A DNA stretch of 45,719 nucleotides from a virus. Taxonomy: Duplodnaviria; Caudoviricetes. The notes beneath the pieces were generated by a model. The model did not search any database, was not told the origin of the DNA, and worked only from the letters and a program-made list of their open reading frames with translations. Where the stretch lies: IMG/VR virus record IMGVR_UViG_3300031519_004485, positions 1 through 45,719 of that record. The stretch is one strand, 5' to 3'. The position numbers and the translations under genes are program-made. Positions 45,388 to 45,719 of the stretch are shown piece by piece (position 1 is the first letter of the stretch; every line of letters starts with the position of its first letter).

Positions 45388-45663
45388 CTATGCTGCCAAC
45401 AGTGTTAGCATACTGGCAGTGACCTTCCAGCGTCCATCCCTTACTGTGTCTACTACTACAGTCTTGGAGTTGACCTTAGTGACTGTGCCTTGTACAGTTA
45501 CACCACGCTTGCTTTCAAAGCTAACAGGGTCGCCTATGAACAAGCCACGTGCGCTCTCCTTGGCTATGAATGTCCTACGCAACTTAACAGCTTCTACTAC
45601 ACGGTTAAGCTCAGCACTATCCATACGTGCTACTTGATCCATTACAGTGTTCATCATAGTCAT
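45388..45663 (-). CDS. Hypothetical protein with SH3/KOW-like beta barrel
   Basis: IGDPVSF..RG..VQGTVTKVNSKTVVV....WKV; GAGGAG RBS. Confidence 0.75.
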   Translation of the reverse strand: MTMMNTVMDQVARMDSAELNRVVEAVKLRRTFIAKESARGLFIGDPVSFESKRGVTVQGTVTKVNSKTVVVDTVRDGRWKVTASMLTLLAA

Positions 45664-45719
45664 TAGTACAACTCCTCTACAGTTACAGTTGGGTCTAGCT
45701 TGATCAGTTGCTCAGCTAC
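45663..45719 (-). CDS. 3' end of an upstream gene, truncated by window end
   Basis: VAEQLIKLDPTVTVEELY* with TAATG coupling to the next minus-strand gene. Confidence 0.55.
   Translation of the reverse strand, partial: VAEQLIKLDPTVTVEELY

Noticed and set aside
45140-45637. 165-aa plus-strand ORF
   Set aside because: Overlaps the better supported minus-strand gene 45388-45663 and runs through low-complexity sequence
1-45719. Stop-codon reassignment, as in some large phages
   Set aside because: Core genes are full length in the standard code, and TAA, TAG and TGA all act as stops at gene junctions

Overview
This window is a segment of a large, AT-rich, T4-like (myovirus) dsDNA phage genome, probably a jumbo phage. 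KdsA/KdsB, sigma70-consensus promoters and IHF-like sites suggest a Gram-negative host. Left to right it contains: (1) a virion morphogenesis block (neck protein end, dNMP kinase, large tail sheath, tail tube, head-completion nuclease, small and large terminase, and probable internal head proteins carrying peptidoglycan-binding and LysM domains); (2) gp32-uvsX-uvsY; (3) a ~9 kb glycan island (glycosyltransferases, nucleotide-sugar enzymes, methyltransferase, three KpsS/KpsC-like domains), with more glycan genes including kdsA-kdsB scattered downstream; (4) a replication block (uvsW, clamp-loader subunit, a 188-aa miniature DnaE, primase, helicase) with yhhQ, a half carbamoyltransferase and a 2OG-Fe(II) oxygenase; (5) a structured, largely non-coding strand-switch region at the right end. 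The main leads are a candidate phage-encoded Kdo glycosylation system, the minimal DnaE that keeps its catalytic aspartates, systematic leaderless gene starts at two promoter classes, and a small module shared between two cell-wall-binding proteins. I saw no tRNA, rRNA, CRISPR array or IS element. All calls come from motif recognition by eye; no searches were run.
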